Part shown: piece after piece, positions 1 through 12,894 of the stretch
How positions within the stretch are numbered: the first letter of the stretch is position 1
How the letters are laid out: each line of letters starts with the position of its first letter
Assembly: GCF_006345805.1 (NCBI RefSeq)
Contig: NC_043011.1
Coordinates: 55,006,464 to 55,070,463 of the forward strand
Source: Octopus sinensis
Taxonomy: Eukaryota
Direction of reading: 5' to 3'
DNA length: 64,000 nt
Notes under the pieces: model-generated
The model's database searches: none
What the model was told of the DNA's origin: nothing
Seen by the model: the letters and a program-made list of their open reading frames with translations, nothing else
Translations under genes and position numbers: made by a program

Positions 1-7
1 TAGCAAG

Positions 8-380
8 TGTTGGTAAGGCTGTGGTTAACAAACTTCCTTTGTAACCACAACGTTTCAGGTTCAGTCCCACTGTACAGTGCCTTAAAAAAGTGTCTTCTAC
101 CATAGCCCCAGACCAACCAATGCCTTGTGAGTGAATTTGGTAAACAGAAACTGTGTAGAAGCCTAGCATGTATGTGTGTGCGTATGTGATCCCTCTACCA
201 CTTGACAACTGGTGTTGGTTTGTTTACATCTCTGTAGCTTAGTGATTCAGCAAGAGAAATGCAGAAGTGCCAGACTTTAAAAAAATAAGTACTGGGGTCA
301 ATTTGTTCAAATAAACCCGTAAAGGTGGCGCCCCAGCATGGCCGCAATCCAATGACTAAAACCAGGAAAAGAGATAAAAG
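8..380 (+). mobile_element. tRNA-derived SINE, family B (octopus OR-like, CORE-type)
   Basis: B-box-like GGTTCAGTCCCAC, central CCTTGTGAGTGAATTTGGTA, tail GGTGGCGCCCCAGCATGGCCGC; homologous to copies at 9165, 14170, 37490 and 52775. Confidence 0.8.
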
Positions 381-1053
381 ATACAGCTGAGTGAAAGGAG
401 GAAGGCTTGTGTCGTTTTGCAACAAACTGGACACTACTAAAAGCAGCTTAGGTCCAGCCGATGGTAATTAATGTAGGCGAAGTCCATCACCCAAAAGACT
501 TCTTATAGTTTGCTATAAGTTGATTAAATTTCAGTTACAACAATTTGGTAGAAGATAGTCACTGTAGGTGTAATAGAATTGAACCCTAAACCAATTGGTG
601 GAGTTTGTGAATAGTTATCTCATGAAACCCCATACCCCAACGAAAAGGAAAGGGTACGGATGTGGAGAGAAAAATATTTGTTTTTCAGAATCGTAATTTC
701 CATTGTATGAAAAACATAAATACTAATACCAAAGAAACAATAAAAAAAAAAACGCTTTTCTTTCCCACAGGTATGGGATTCGAGGGATAGCTTGTAGTCC
801 AAGTTTTGTAAATATATCAGTATGTTACTAAATATAAACAAGGGCTTTCCATGTAGTTCAGTAGTATCAAAATCCATAAATGTTTGAAAATCGTCTCCTT
901 TCACGCTGATAATCATTAATTTTGACCAGGTTGTACGTCTTGGTGACCCAAGAAGGGGAAATCGGAACGTAGTATTCAAATTACGGATTTCTCTTCAGGA
1001 TTAATTTACGTTTTTACGTAAGAAAAAAATTAAAAGACTATATACACAGCCAC

Positions 1054-1089
<36 letters not shown>

Positions 1090-1239
1090 CAAAACAGCAT
1101 GATTAGGATTCCGCACTAGCACGTTATCCGATCAAACTGTTTTGAATTCTATATGAAACTCCCAATAAATATGTTGAGGCGCCCTTTCTTTCGTTTGTCT
1201 ACTCTCTCTCTCATATATATATATATATATGCATCCTTT

Positions 1240-1330
1240 AAGGCCCTCATGCTTTCCGAAATCCGCCGAAACTACACCTGATTATACATACACTTTAGAT
1301 GAGTTGTAGTGCACCTGAGCACTGTACACA

Positions 1331-1360
<30 letters not shown>
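1240..1360 (+). mobile_element. CR1-like LINE 3' tail remnant
   Basis: CATGCTTTCCGAAATCCGCCGAAACTACACCTGA...GTAGTGCACCTGAGCACTGTA then (ATT)n; matches the ends of the CR1 fragments at 10500 (-) and 43140 (+). Confidence 0.6.
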
Positions 1361-1390
<30 letters not shown>

Positions 1391-1634
1391 GCGCTTCTAA
1401 TCATTCGTTACCTTTATGTTTTCCATGTTACTTAGACGACTTCTTTTTTCCTATTACAGATGAGGAAGTGTAATTAACAAGTCATGATTAAAATTTTGTC
1501 GAATGTCTACGTAGAAATTAAAGGTAACAAGACCTCTCACTCTCTCTCTCTCTCTCTCTATTAAACACACACATACAACACAAATAAATGAATGAAGGAC
1601 AATATCACTATATAGGTTTCTGTGCCGTTAACGC

Positions 1635-1672
<38 letters not shown>

Positions 1673-2379
1673 TATACAAATTGTAAGGGTGGGTGCTACA
1701 CAGGTAATAGCCATCAACATTTAAAAATACGAAGAGCATTTGAATTTATATATATATATATATATACACTGGAGAAACTCTTTCAAAAGTATTCCGCAAT
1801 TCCGTAAAAAAATTTTTATTTCTTTAATTTTTTTCACCCAAATCCTTTACGTATTTTTTGTTTATGTGTGTGTGTAAGTGTTGCTCATAAATATACTTAC
1901 ATACACATACATAAACACAGAAAAAATAAACGATTCAGGTGAAAAAAAAAATGAAGTAAAATAAGGTGAACGGAAATTGCAGATTAAATAGTTTCACTTT
2001 TGATAGACTGTTCTCACACACACACTTTGCCTAATCGCAGTGGCCGTAAATCCATTGCATTGAATGGCTATACACAAATTAATAACAGGTGTGCAGGTGA
2101 TTATCAATTATGCTATATTTCCAAATGAAAACAATTACGACAACAAATTACAGTGAAAGAATAAATGTGAGCATACTCGTAGAATAATACCAAACAGCCG
2201 CATTGGAATTTTTTTTCAAGAATTAATTATTACAGGTGTGTTATAACATAACAAGCCCTTCTTAGTTTTACCGGTGATAGATCAACAAAAATTCCTTTTT
2301 ACTTTAAATACCGTTTAATAACTTTATAGAGAAAGCGGGATAGTAGTTACTAATAGTATAATAATAATAATTATATATT

Positions 2380-2595
2380 TCTTTATTGCCCACAAGGGGC
2401 TAAACATAGAGGGGACAAAGAAGGACAGACAAAGGGATTAAGTCGATTACATCGACCCCAGTGCGCAACTGGTACTTTATTTATCGACCCCGAAAGGATG
2501 AAAGGCAAAGTCGAATTCCGCCGAGGTCGACTTTGCCTTTCATCCTTTCGGGGTCGATAAATAAAGTACCAGTTGCGCACTGGGGTCGATGTAAT
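2380..2595. mobile_element. SINE family A fold-back (minus copy fused to plus copy)
   Basis: Arms 2446-2514 and 2527-2595 are exact reverse complements (69 bp) around a 12-nt spacer. Confidence 0.85.
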
Positions 2596-2722
2596 AATAA
2601 TAATAATAATAATAATAATTTCTTTTAATAATAATTTTTAGAAGGGATCACGACCAGAAATTTTAAGCGAAGATATGGTTGATTAGATCGACACCAGTAG
2701 TTCACTGATATTTATTTTATCA

Positions 2723-3330
2723 AAGGCGGCGAGCTGGCAGAAACGTTAGCACGCCGGGCGAAATGCTTAGCAGTATTTCGTCTGCCGCTACGTTGTGAGT
2801 TCAAATTCCGCCGAGGTCGACTTTGCCTTTCATCCTTTCGGGGTCGATTAAATAAGTACCAGTTACGTACTGGGGTCGATACAATCGACTTAATCCGTTT
2901 GTCTGTCCTTGTTTGTCCTCTCTGTGTTTAGCCCCTTGGGGGTAGTAAAGAAATAGGTATTTCGTCTGCCATTACGTTCTGAGTTCAAATTCCGCTGAGG
3001 TTGATTTTACCTTTCATCCTTTCAGGGTTGATAAATTAAGTACCAGTTACGCACTGGGGTCGATGTAATCGACTTCATCCGTTTGTCTGTCCTTGTTTGT
3101 CCCCTCTATGTTTAGCCCCTTGTGGGCAATAAAGAAATAAGAAACGTTAGCACGCCGGGCGAAATGCTTAGTGCCGCTACATTCTTAGTTCAAATTCTGC
3201 TGAGGACGACTTTGCCTTTTATCCTTTCGGGGTCGATAAATTAGGTACCAATTGCGTACTGGGGTCGATCTAATTGACTGGCCACTCTCCCTAAAAATTT
3301 CGTACCTTGTGCCTAGAGTGGAAAAGGATA
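2723..3330 (+). mobile_element. Head-to-tail trimer of tRNA-derived SINE family A
   Basis: Three successive GAGTTCAAATTCCGCCGAGGTCGACTTTGCCTTTCATCCTTTCGGGGTCGAT-type cores; the third copy has a different tail. Confidence 0.85.
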
Positions 3331-4238
3331 TTTAGTTTATCAGCCCTTGAAAGGTGAAGACTAAGTCAACCCTGGGCGGAATTTGAGATCAGAATACAAA
3401 GAGAAACTTGTTTTTATATTAATTTTTTGCTTTTAATTTCAAATTAACGAATGTGTTTTTAAATGAAACTGTATCGTATAATTTTGTAAAGTTATACAGC
3501 AATGTTTTACTCGTTACAAACTTTACCACTACAAATATTTTATTTAAGCTTAGAACCACTAATTAACAGTGAAACAATAGAATTGGGCAACGTTGCTACT
3601 TTTCGTCTACCCCTCTCAGCAGGAATCAAAATCAATTGTAAACTGTACAGAAAATGGAGAACAGAAATGGAATAGAAAAGTATAATATAAACAAAAGACT
3701 TTGCTATCACTTACTTGTTTATATTCTCAGGATATGGCTAGTAATACAGCTACTGACATTAACATCCTTGTCCTAAAAAAGTGAATCCAGGTAAAAAAAA
3801 AAAAGTCACAGGGAAAAAGTCACAGGGAAAAGGTCACAGAGGCTTTGTCCAGGGGTGGGGGTTGTCCGAAGGGGTTTTGTCTGAATCCCATAAATTAATT
3901 GTGGCTTTTTTCCTGTCACTTTATTACCAGCCACCATAAATTAATTGACTTTTTTTGCTGTCACTTTATTACCCACAAGGGGCTAAACACAGAGGGGACA
4001 AACAAAGACAGACATAGGTATTATTACCAGTCACTGAATAAACTACCCAGAAATAGCTACGTTAATTAGGAACAGCCCTCAACCCCAGGGAATGAGAGAA
4101 TTATGTAATAAATGTAACGAGTACTGAGAAAATGGGAAGTGCTAATTATCTCCACATTTCCACCAATTCTGTATAACAATGATAGTGGTTTCTTCATAGT
4201 CATTCAATGTTAGCAATAGCAGCTAAATCCCTCTTTAA

Positions 4239-4460
4239 CCCTTTTGTTAACATATTTCTGTTGAGATGCTCTGTGTTCCTTTCAATTAATTTCAAATATA
4301 ACAAAGAATTTAGTAAAATAACTTAGTTATCATTAAGCTGGTGTTAGGAATATAAACTGTGACTAAGGTTTGGTGGAAGATTTTAATTCAAAACTTACAA
4401 AAACAAGACATTTGTACTACACAGTAAGAGGCGGTTTCAGCCAGGTCAGTAATGAAAGGT
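4239..4460. mobile_element. piggyBac-type MITE
   Basis: TTAA at 4235-4238 and 4461-4464; imperfect termini CCCTTTTGTTA / TAATGAAAGGT. Confidence 0.55.
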
Positions 4461-5170
4461 TTAATCTAACCCCCTCCACATATATACACTGTCTTTTAAA
4501 AGGAGTGCAGCATACACCCGAGTGAAATTCCTCTCCCCCTTTATTCTATGTATGTGCATTTGAAGGTAACAGTTAACAGCTAGCCTTTGGGCCACTATTT
4601 GGACCGTGTTGTGTCCATTATTCTGATTGGTTGGTACTGGCGCAATTTGTCTCTTACTTTGTCATGCCAATCCGTAGTGTATAACCAATTGGGGCCTCAA
4701 AATAAAATCACATGAGACATCCTGTTCTCAACCCAGTTTTGAGCCTACAGCGTCTCCTTATAAAAACCCAGCTTCTCCTTATCTCGATGTCTTTGGTTTC
4801 AAACCTTTTAAAGTCGTACGTCTAGCCATTGACCACACAAGACACAGCCAGTCCCAGCAACAACACAACAGCAGACACGTTGAGATTTACCAGCTTCGTC
4901 CAACAGCATCAAGTCAATCTCTTCATTGCCACCATCACCTTCTTAATGTCGTCAACATCATCTCCCTCTATGTACACAACTCAACAAGCAACTTGCCCAG
5001 ATTCCAATACTTCATTGTTCGTGAATTACTTCACCATGGATCAACAACAAACATACAACTTGCAAGAACTCCTGTACCAAGTGACTGATGCAGCAGTATT
5101 ATAGCCACAACTTCATGTACGACATATACCACAACTGGCTCAGTATCATGGTTGCAACTTCTTGATACAG

Positions 5171-5406
5171 CTGGCGGAAACATTAGCATGCCGGGCGAAA
5201 TGTGTAGCTGTATTTCGTCTGCCACTACGTTCTGAGTTCAAATTCTGCTGAGGTCGACTTTGCCTTTCATCCTTTCGGGGTCGATAAATTAAGTACCAGT
5301 TACGCACTGGGTTGATGTAATTGACTTAATCCCGTTGTCTGTCCTTGTTTGTCCCCTCTATGTTTAGCGCCTCTATGTTTAGCCCCCTGTGGGCAATAAA
5401 GAAATA
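5171..5406 (+). mobile_element. SINE family A nested in the 5' LTR
   Basis: Family A core; TSD GATACAG at 5164-5170 and 5407-5413. Confidence 0.85.
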
Positions 5407-6294
5407 GATACAGTATTTCAATTATGTGTACAATTGACTACAAACTGGTATTTCTAATTCTTGTTTCTATGAACATTTGTCTAACTTCTCATTATAAACC
5501 CTTTCACTGTCTCCTTCTTCATAGCTATTCTTAATGTACTTAACTCACACACATACATCCATGCCTATATACACATACATTTTGTTCTCATGACAGCCTG
5601 TTTATTATTCTGAATACACGACGCACACACAGACACACATATTAACATATCAATAAACCTTCTCTTAAACATTCTACTTGGTTGTGTCTCTCTATTTCCC
5701 TCTGGCACATACATATGCATTATTCATTTTATATTTATTGTAAGGTGTGTGTGATGTACCTGAGACTCATTCTCATCACTTTGCATTACGAATTGGTGAC
5801 CCGACTTAAAATACGTGTTCCTTTCCATAGTTCAGTACCAACTTTCATTTTACTTTAATGACCAACCGTTCTTTCTAACTTCACCTCTTCACTACAGAAA
5901 CATCTTCCTTTCATCATCTATTTTGTCTCCCACAAAATGATTGGTGAGGGGGCTATCGGTAGTGTACGCTTGAGTGAAATTTCTCCTTCCCCTTTATTAT
6001 ATATACGTGTATTTGAACATAGCAGGTAACAGCTAGCTTTTGGCCTCTATTTGGACCCCGTTGTGTCCACTACTCTGATTGGTTTGTATTGGCACAATTT
6101 GTCTCTTGCTCTGTCACACCAATATGCAGCATATAAGCAATCAGTGCCACTAAATATAATCACATGAGTCTGCAGCCCTTTATAAAAACTCAGCTTTTCC
6201 TTATCTTGATGTCTTTGGTTTCAGACCTTTTAAGGTCTAACCACCGACCACACAAGACACATCCAGCTCCAGCAACAACAGAACAGCAACCACA

Positions 6295-6663
6295 GTGAAG
6301 GCACAATGGCCCGATTGTTAGGGCAGCGGACTCGCGGTCGGAGGATCGCGGTTTCGATTCCCAGATCAGGCGTTGTGTGTGTTTATTAAGCGAAAACACC
6401 TAAAGCTCCACAAGGCTCTGGCAGGGGGTATTGGCGACCCCTGTTGTACTCTTTTGCCCCAACTTTCTCTCACTCTTTCTTCCTGTTTCTTGTCACTGAC
6501 TTCCTACGCAACCGCTGGGCCTGGATGCGCATTCATTCATCCGTCGATGCTCTTGGTGTCGGGGGTTGACCTGCTTTCTCTTCTGCAGGTCTTACAAATA
6601 GCAAAGGACCACATTTCGGACTTCTCCCATCTTGCGAGCTCTGGGATGAAGACCACTTCACTC
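6295..6663 (+). mobile_element. tRNA-derived SINE, family C, nested in the 3' LTR
   Basis: A-box-like TGGCCCGATTG, B-box-like GGTTTCGATTCC; 13-bp TSD AACAGCAACCACA at 6282-6294 and 6664-6676. Confidence 0.8.
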
Positions 6664-7029
6664 AACAGCAACCACATTGAGACTTACCAACTTCATCCAA
6701 TAGCATTATGGCAATCTCTTTCTTTGTTGCCACCATCATCTTAACGTCAACAACATCATCGCATGGGCCTTACAGGAGCTTCACTTTGGATAAAGTTGTC
6801 ATGATTACACTATATGAACAAGATAGAATTGTCATAGATAGAATATCTTTGATCATAGGCCTGTAAATGTGAGGCTGGTAGATGCCATTACCACTTGCAT
6901 TTGAGCTGATTGTCTTACTGCTATGAGCTGTATATGACTGCTGACATGTCTGGTGTTGGAGGTCAAGTTGTACATAAAAGAAAATGATGAAATCTGTTAA
7001 GATTTTTATGAACAAACTTTTATTCTTGT

Positions 7030-7474
7030 GACTGGCATCCGTTGCTAGTGGAGCACTAAGAGTACCATATGAGCGAGATCGTTGCCAGAGCAACAAGCTG
7101 GCCTTCGTGCCGATGGCATGTTTAAGCACATCATTCGAGCGTGATCATTACCACGTCGCCTTACTAGCACTTGTGCTGGTGGCACGTGAAACATTCGAGT
7201 GAGGTCGTCGCCAGTGCTGCTGGACTGGCTCCTGTGCAGGTGGCACATAAAAAGCACCATTTGGGCATGGCCGTTGCCAGTACCACCAAAATGGCCCTCG
7301 TGCCAGTGGCACATAAAAGCACCAATACACTCTCAGAGTGGTTGGCGTTAGGAGGGGCATCTAGCTGTAGAAACTCTGCCAGATCAGATTGGAGTCTGGT
7401 TCGCCAGACTTCAATCAAATCGTCCAACCCATGCTAGCATGGAAAGCAGACGTTAAATGATGATGATGATGTTT
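7030..7474 (+). mobile_element. RTE LINE 3' UTR fragment with ~65-bp unit array
   Basis: Repeated GGTGGCACRTAAAAAGCACC-type units, GGTTGGCGTTAGGAGGGGCATC, (GAT)n tail; same as the 3' UTR of the RTE at 20965-22343. Confidence 0.8.
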
Positions 7475-7479
7475 CTGGG

Positions 7480-8720
7480 AAAATTTCACTCAATCTTACC
7501 TTAGGCTGCAACAAGTTCGGGTCAATGTCTTCGCCTGTGTAGTAGACATCTCTCCTGTACATGTCCCTTAACTTGTGATAATTCTCCTTCAACATGACAG
7601 GGCAACATCTTACCCTTAGGCGTAACCCCTCGCAATCCTTCGTGTCCACCTCTATATCAGAGTTCACCATCTCAAATCCTCTTTCACTGAAACCCTAGTA
7701 CTGTTGTACAAAAGGACAAGGTATCCCTCCCTGAATAGGGGATTGGAAACTTGTGGCTCTTGCGTGTTTACACCATTTGTGTTCATGTCTGGTGGGGTAA
7801 GGAGAGGGCTGGTGTCTGAAGTGGGGTGGAGGTTGGGGTATGGAGCAAGAGGTGGGGACAGGAATGGGTTGGGGCTTTTCCTCACTCATTTGCTGCTTTC
7901 TTCCTTTCCTCTTCTTCCTGCCCACCTCTGTCCATTCTATTGATTTTTCCTTTTGTACTCCAGGTTCCTTGCTTCCATCCTTCTCAGTTCTTGATGTTAT
8001 GACTGTCAGAAATGCAGTCTCCACTGGATCTTCTTTTGGTCCCTCTATGGTGGGGAGAGCACTTGGTCCTTATGTGTCCCAACTGTCCGCAGGTGTAGCA
8101 CCTCGGCCTCCTGCCTTCCATCACAACCCTAAGCCTCACCTCATCTCCCACTGTTATCATGCTTTCTGCCAAGTGAAGAAAAATGGCCCTGCTTGATGCG
8201 TTAAAAAGGTGTTGGTATAAATTCTTTCCTGTGTACTCAGTGAAAACTATGGACACTCCAGTGCTTTGTTTGATGGAGATGTGTAGGAGCAATAAATGTG
8301 GCCGTTGCCAGCGCCGCCCCGACTGGCCTCCATGCCGGTGGCACGTAAAAAGCACCATCCGATCATGGCCGTTTGCCAGCCTTGCCTGGCACCTGTGCAG
8401 GTGGCACATAAAAAGCACCCACTACACTCTCGGAGTGGTTGGCGTTAGGAAGGGCATCCAGCTGTAAAAATATTGCCAGATCAGACTGGGCCTGGCGCAG
8501 CCTCCTGGCTTCCCAGACCCCAGTTGAACCGTCCAACCCATGCTAGCATGGAAAACGGACGTTAAACGATGATGATGATGATGATGACACAAGGGAAATA
8601 AATTTTCTGGAATGCCCAGGAAGATCATAAAAAGTAGTGGATATGATGGCATGTTTGATGTAGTAAGCTGTCATAGTTTCTAGCAAAGACACAAGAACTA
8701 AAATTTGGAAGGAGGGGATT
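7480..8720 (-). mobile_element. Degenerate gag-like ORF1 fragment of a non-LTR retrotransposon, interrupted by an RTE tail (8296-8586)
   Basis: CCHC knuckle CYTCGQLGHIRTKC (ORF 7984..8418) and basic WTEVGRKKRK motif (ORF 7695..8024), spread over several frames. Confidence 0.55.
8296..8586 (+). mobile_element. RTE 3' UTR fragment
   Basis: Two GGTGGCACRTAAAAAGCACC units, conserved tail ending AAACGATGATGATG. Confidence 0.8.
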
Positions 8721-9164
8721 GTCAAACTAAGTACTTGGCTATTACATTATTTTATTGATCCTGGAGAGATGAAGAGCTTATGTGACCTTGGCAGGATTTG
8801 AACACAGAATGTAAAGAAACTGAACAAATACTATTTTTATTCTAATGATTGTGCCAGATTCAATTTCAAGTTTATGGTTTTCTTACCTGCGTTATTTCTA
8901 GGAGTGGCATATGAGTGTCTGGTAGGAATGTTAATGTGTATGTATGTATGTCTATTCCATTATATCATGGAAGATGATATCTTGTGTGTGTGTGTGTGTG
9001 TGTGTTTATGTTTGTTTATGTTTTCCAGTTTCAGCTCTTGAGCTGTGGCCATGCTGGGGCACCGCCATTTTTTTACATTCCATTTTTATAGTTTTTTTGT
9101 GTGCCTATTTTTTACATTCCATTTTTATAGTTTTTTGTTTTTGAAATTTTTTGTTATTTCATTA

Positions 9165-9712
9165 GCATAGGCATGCCCATGTGGTTAAGAGGTGAAGATG
9201 CTTTCTTTGCAACAACGTAGTTCTGGGTTCAGTCCCACTGCATGGCACCTTGGGCAAGTGTCTTCTGCTATAGCCGTCAGCTGACCAATTCCTTATGTGT
9301 AGATTTGGTTCATGGAAAATGAGTGGAAACCTGTCACATGTATGTATGTATGTATGTATGTATGTATGTATGTATGTATGTATGTATGTGTGTATGTATG
9401 TATGTATGTATGTATGTATGTATGTATGTATGTATGTATGTGTGTGTGTATGTATGTATGTATGTATGTATGTGTGTGTGTGAGAGAGAGAGTATGTGTG
9501 AGTGTGTGTGTGTATGTGTGTATATCTTTGTGTTTGTCCCCACTGCCACTTGGCAACTGGTGTAGGTTTGTTTATGTTCCTGTAACTTACCAGTTCAGCA
9601 AAAGTGACCAAAACAATAAGTACTGGGTCAATTTATTTGACTAAGTCTTTCAAAGTGGTTGCACCAGCATGACCACAGTCCAATGACTGAAACAAGTGAA
9701 AGATGAAAGATA
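9165..9712 (+). mobile_element. SINE family B with expanded internal (TATG)n/(TG)n microsatellite
   Basis: Family B head and tail flank the 9338-9525 microsatellite. Confidence 0.8.
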
Positions 9713-9954
9713 AATTGCCAGCACTAATGCAGACCCCCCCCCCCGATTACCATTGCTTTATATTATCTATTGCATATTATCTTTAGTTTGTTGTTTTGCC
9801 CTGAGTCATCCCTATTGAGCCAATCACTGATCAATTGAGCCATAATATGGGTATAATGTGCCTAGGACTACATTATCTAACATGTCCTTCTTTTTCTTCA
9901 ATGGGATATGATTAACCATTTGCGTTGCCTTAAAGAGCACCATCCAAGCGTGAT

Positions 9955-10240
9955 TGTTGCCGGAGCGGCTATCTAGCCTCTGTGCTGGTGGCACGTAAAA
10001 GACACCATTCGAGCGGGATCGTCTCCAGCATTGCCTTACTGGCACCTGTGCCATTGGCATGTGTAAAAAAATTCGAGCAAGGTCGTTGCCAGTACTGCCT
10101 GACTGGCCCCATGCTGGTGGCACGTAAAAGCACCCACTACACTCTTGGAGTGGTTGGCATTAGGAAGGGCATCCAGCTGTAGAAACTCTGCCAGGTCAAG
10201 ATTGAAGCATGGTGCAGCCATCTGGTTTGCCAGCCCTCAG
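9955..10240 (+). mobile_element. RTE 3' UTR fragment, 3'-truncated
   Basis: Unit array plus GGTTGGCATTAGGAAGGGCATCCAGC. Confidence 0.75.
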
Positions 10241-10499
10241 GTACCAAACGAGTTAAGACAGTTTTGGCTGCTATTTGTAACATGTGAAGAGACTATGTAG
10301 AGGTTCCTTTATTGATTAACGGCTTTTAAATTGTTACAGTGAGTGTTAGTCAAGTCATTTGTTAGGCCATTATATTCCATGTTGACTCTATGTATTTCAG
10401 CTGAAAGTTGAAATCTATAGTATTTTTGGCAAGAATGGGAAGCACACAATGCTCACTTAAGAGATGTAAATAATATAATAATAATAATAATAATAATAA

Positions 10500-11322
10500 T
10501 GAAATTATTGTATACAGTGCTCAGGTGCACCACAACTTGTCAGACAGTGCATATAAAGCATATGTAGTAATGTACAAATGTCTGGAAAGTGAACAGTGTA
10601 TGAGTCAGAAAGATGCTTGCGTGTGTATGGAGGGGAGAAAATCAGGTGTTTTGTTGGCGAATCTCAGGACGCATGGAAGTTTTGAAGGATGCAGTGCTCC
10701 GACAACTAACAACTGATGCCGGCAGTTTGTTCCACGCTTCAGCAACTCTTAACGTGAAAAAATGTTTCTGAAAGTCATGGGAGCTGTGCTGTTTTCTGAC
10801 TTTGTAAATATGTCCACGGATATTAGACAGGTGGAGTTTGAAGAGGTGCTCAGAGTTATTGTTTGTAAGATGGTTGATAATTTTATGGGTGTCTGCCAAG
10901 TCAGCTGCCAGACGTTGGAGTTTCAATCTGTCCATGCCCAGGGAAGTAAGGCGTTCAGAAAATGGCAAATACCTGATGGAGGGTATTCTCTTGGTTGCAC
11001 ATTGCTGAACGGCTTCCAGACGATTAATATCCTGGGCAAGGTAGGGGTTCCAGACTGGTGATGCAAATTCTAGGTGAGGTCGCACCATAGCTATATAAAG
11101 CCGCAGATAGATAGCCAGAGAGCGGCTCACAAAGGACTTGGTGAGTGATGCCAAGATACCCTCAGCCTTCTTGACAATTTTAGCGATGTGTTTTGTCCAA
11201 CGCAAATCGCTGTCGACAATAACACCCAGGTCATGTTCACAAGAAGACTTTTTGAGATTAGTGTTGTGGAGGGAGTAAGTAGACGCTGGGTTTTTCCTCC
11301 TATGCAAATATGTAAATAACAA
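10500..11322 (-). mobile_element. CR1-clade LINE 3' fragment (RT C-terminus/thumb)
   Basis: ORF 10642..11322: DLGVIVDSDLRW, LYIAMVRPHLEFASPVWNPY, FFTLRVAEAWNKLP; (TTA)n tail. Confidence 0.85.
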
Positions 11323-11806
11323 ATCAGATTTTATTATATTTTATTTTTATGAGAAGACAACCATAAACAGATTACATATTGTTTCAACTATATATGTCTT
11401 TGATTTTTAAATTGCATTCTCTGATTCAATTTTCAACTCTAATTACAATTCTGTTTGGGATTCAGTCACAAGTAAAAAAAAAAGGAAAAAGTTATAACCA
11501 TGTAGTCATTCTTAGATTTAACCGTCTCAGTCATCTCCTGCTTCACTGAGTTGTCCAGAGTCGTCATGGCACTGCCAAAAACCAATCTCACTTCCCAACA
11601 TATTCAATATGTAAACAATTTTTAAAAAAAATTTCAGGGTTGTCTCCCTTACCTTTAAGACATTTAAATCCTGCATCAAACCTTTCTGAACTTATATCAA
11701 ATATGCCATCACTAACTTCATTAGTACTTTATATATTATTTTGCGTTTTATTTTTCTTTAGTATTTTTTTAAATGTTGATAATGAAAATTCATTCTTAAA
11801 TGACAG

Positions 11807-12175
11807 GTGACGGTCGTTCAGAGAATGCGCGGGCTAAGACTATGCGGCTTCACTGGTCAGTTAAGGTGAGACAGTGTCACGTGACAACTTGCTGGGGCTG
11901 CCTGCTGGAGCCTAGCGGCAGGTATTTAAAGGGGAAAATATGACAAGTCAGTCAGTCACCAGCTGACACTCGCTGATGCTACATCGAAGAGGCCAGGGAA
12001 CAGAAGAAAGAAGACATGCACCCAACACCAGAGCTGAAGACACCTCCGAAAGGGGAGCCCTGCCACGTCAAAACGGTAGAGGAGTGGTTCCTCCTGATGA
12101 TGTCTTGAGCTAACTGGGTCCTATAAAGGAGCTGTTGTGGTAGCAGTCCACGACATACAGTTGTAATTCCTCCAA
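11807..12175 (+). mobile_element. Probable Penelope-like terminal repeat (partial second copy at 22905-23085)
   Basis: TATTTAAA and TCAGT motifs followed by CTGAAGA and CTGATGA; ~150 bp shared with 22905-23085. Confidence 0.4.
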
Positions 12176-12894
12176 AAATGTAATACAATAATTAAGATTC
12201 AATCAAAAGTAAATGCAAGAATCTGAATGAGCTTATGCAGTTACTAAACTTGCTGGATGTAGTAAAGCATATCTCTCTGAAATCACAACTTGTTGGGTAT
12301 TTTTAGGACATATAAGACATATTGGTTAACATTGTCCTAGATACACTATTCTTTTATTCTTTTACTTGTTTCACTCATTCAATACTACTTCTTTATTCTG
12401 TCAAGGTTGACTTTGCCTTTCATCCTTTTGAGGTCAATAAATTAAGTACCAGTTACAAACTGAGGTCAATCTAATCGACTGGTCCCCTCCCCCAAAATTT
12501 CAGGGTTTGTGCCTAGAGTAGAAAAGAATACTACTTCTTCATTGATAGTCAATTGGTTAATTATTTAACTAGCAAACAAATCAATTAATTGATTGCTTAT
12601 TTACTTCATGCATTAGTTAAACAATCAATAAACTGTTTGTCAAAATCCTTTCATTGCTATTCATGACCTGTCGTGTTAAACCAGTGTAAAAGTGTTTATC
12701 ATTATTATTGGCAAAATACTGCAGTAATATACTATTTGGCAATATAAAAATACCTATTTCTTTACTACCCACGAGGAGCTAAACACAGAGAGTACAAACA
12801 AGGACAGACAAACGGATTAAGTAGATTACATCGACCCCAGTGCGTAAGCGGTACTTAATTTATCGACCCCGAAAGGATGAAAGGCAAAGTCGAC

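Larger units (their letters stand above)
4506..6765 (+). mobile_element. Non-autonomous LTR retrotransposon: LTR (4506-5790), PBS, 164-bp internal region, PPT, truncated LTR (5958-~6765)
   Basis: Two diverged direct repeats with CCAAT and TATAAAA motifs; TGGTGACCCGAC at 5794-5805 resembles the complement of the tRNA-Trp 3' end (TGGTGACCCCGAC); GAGGGGG at 5946-5952 precedes the second repeat. Confidence 0.65.

Noticed and set aside
620-979. 119-aa minus-strand ORF
   Set aside because: It starts at a non-ATG codon, has no recognisable domain and runs through low-complexity A/T tracts.
1460-1523. Plus-strand exon-like segment with good acceptor and donor (also 770-928)
   Set aside because: It has stops in all full frames and no recognisable product or linked exons, so it cannot be supported without transcripts.
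6295-6375. tRNA-like A/B boxes here and at other SINE heads
   Set aside because: No complete cloverleaf; they continue into SINE bodies, with a TSD at this locus.
9162-9644. Long ORFs rich in MYVC/HTYI (also 24530-25306 and 52528-53019)
   Set aside because: These are translations of microsatellites.
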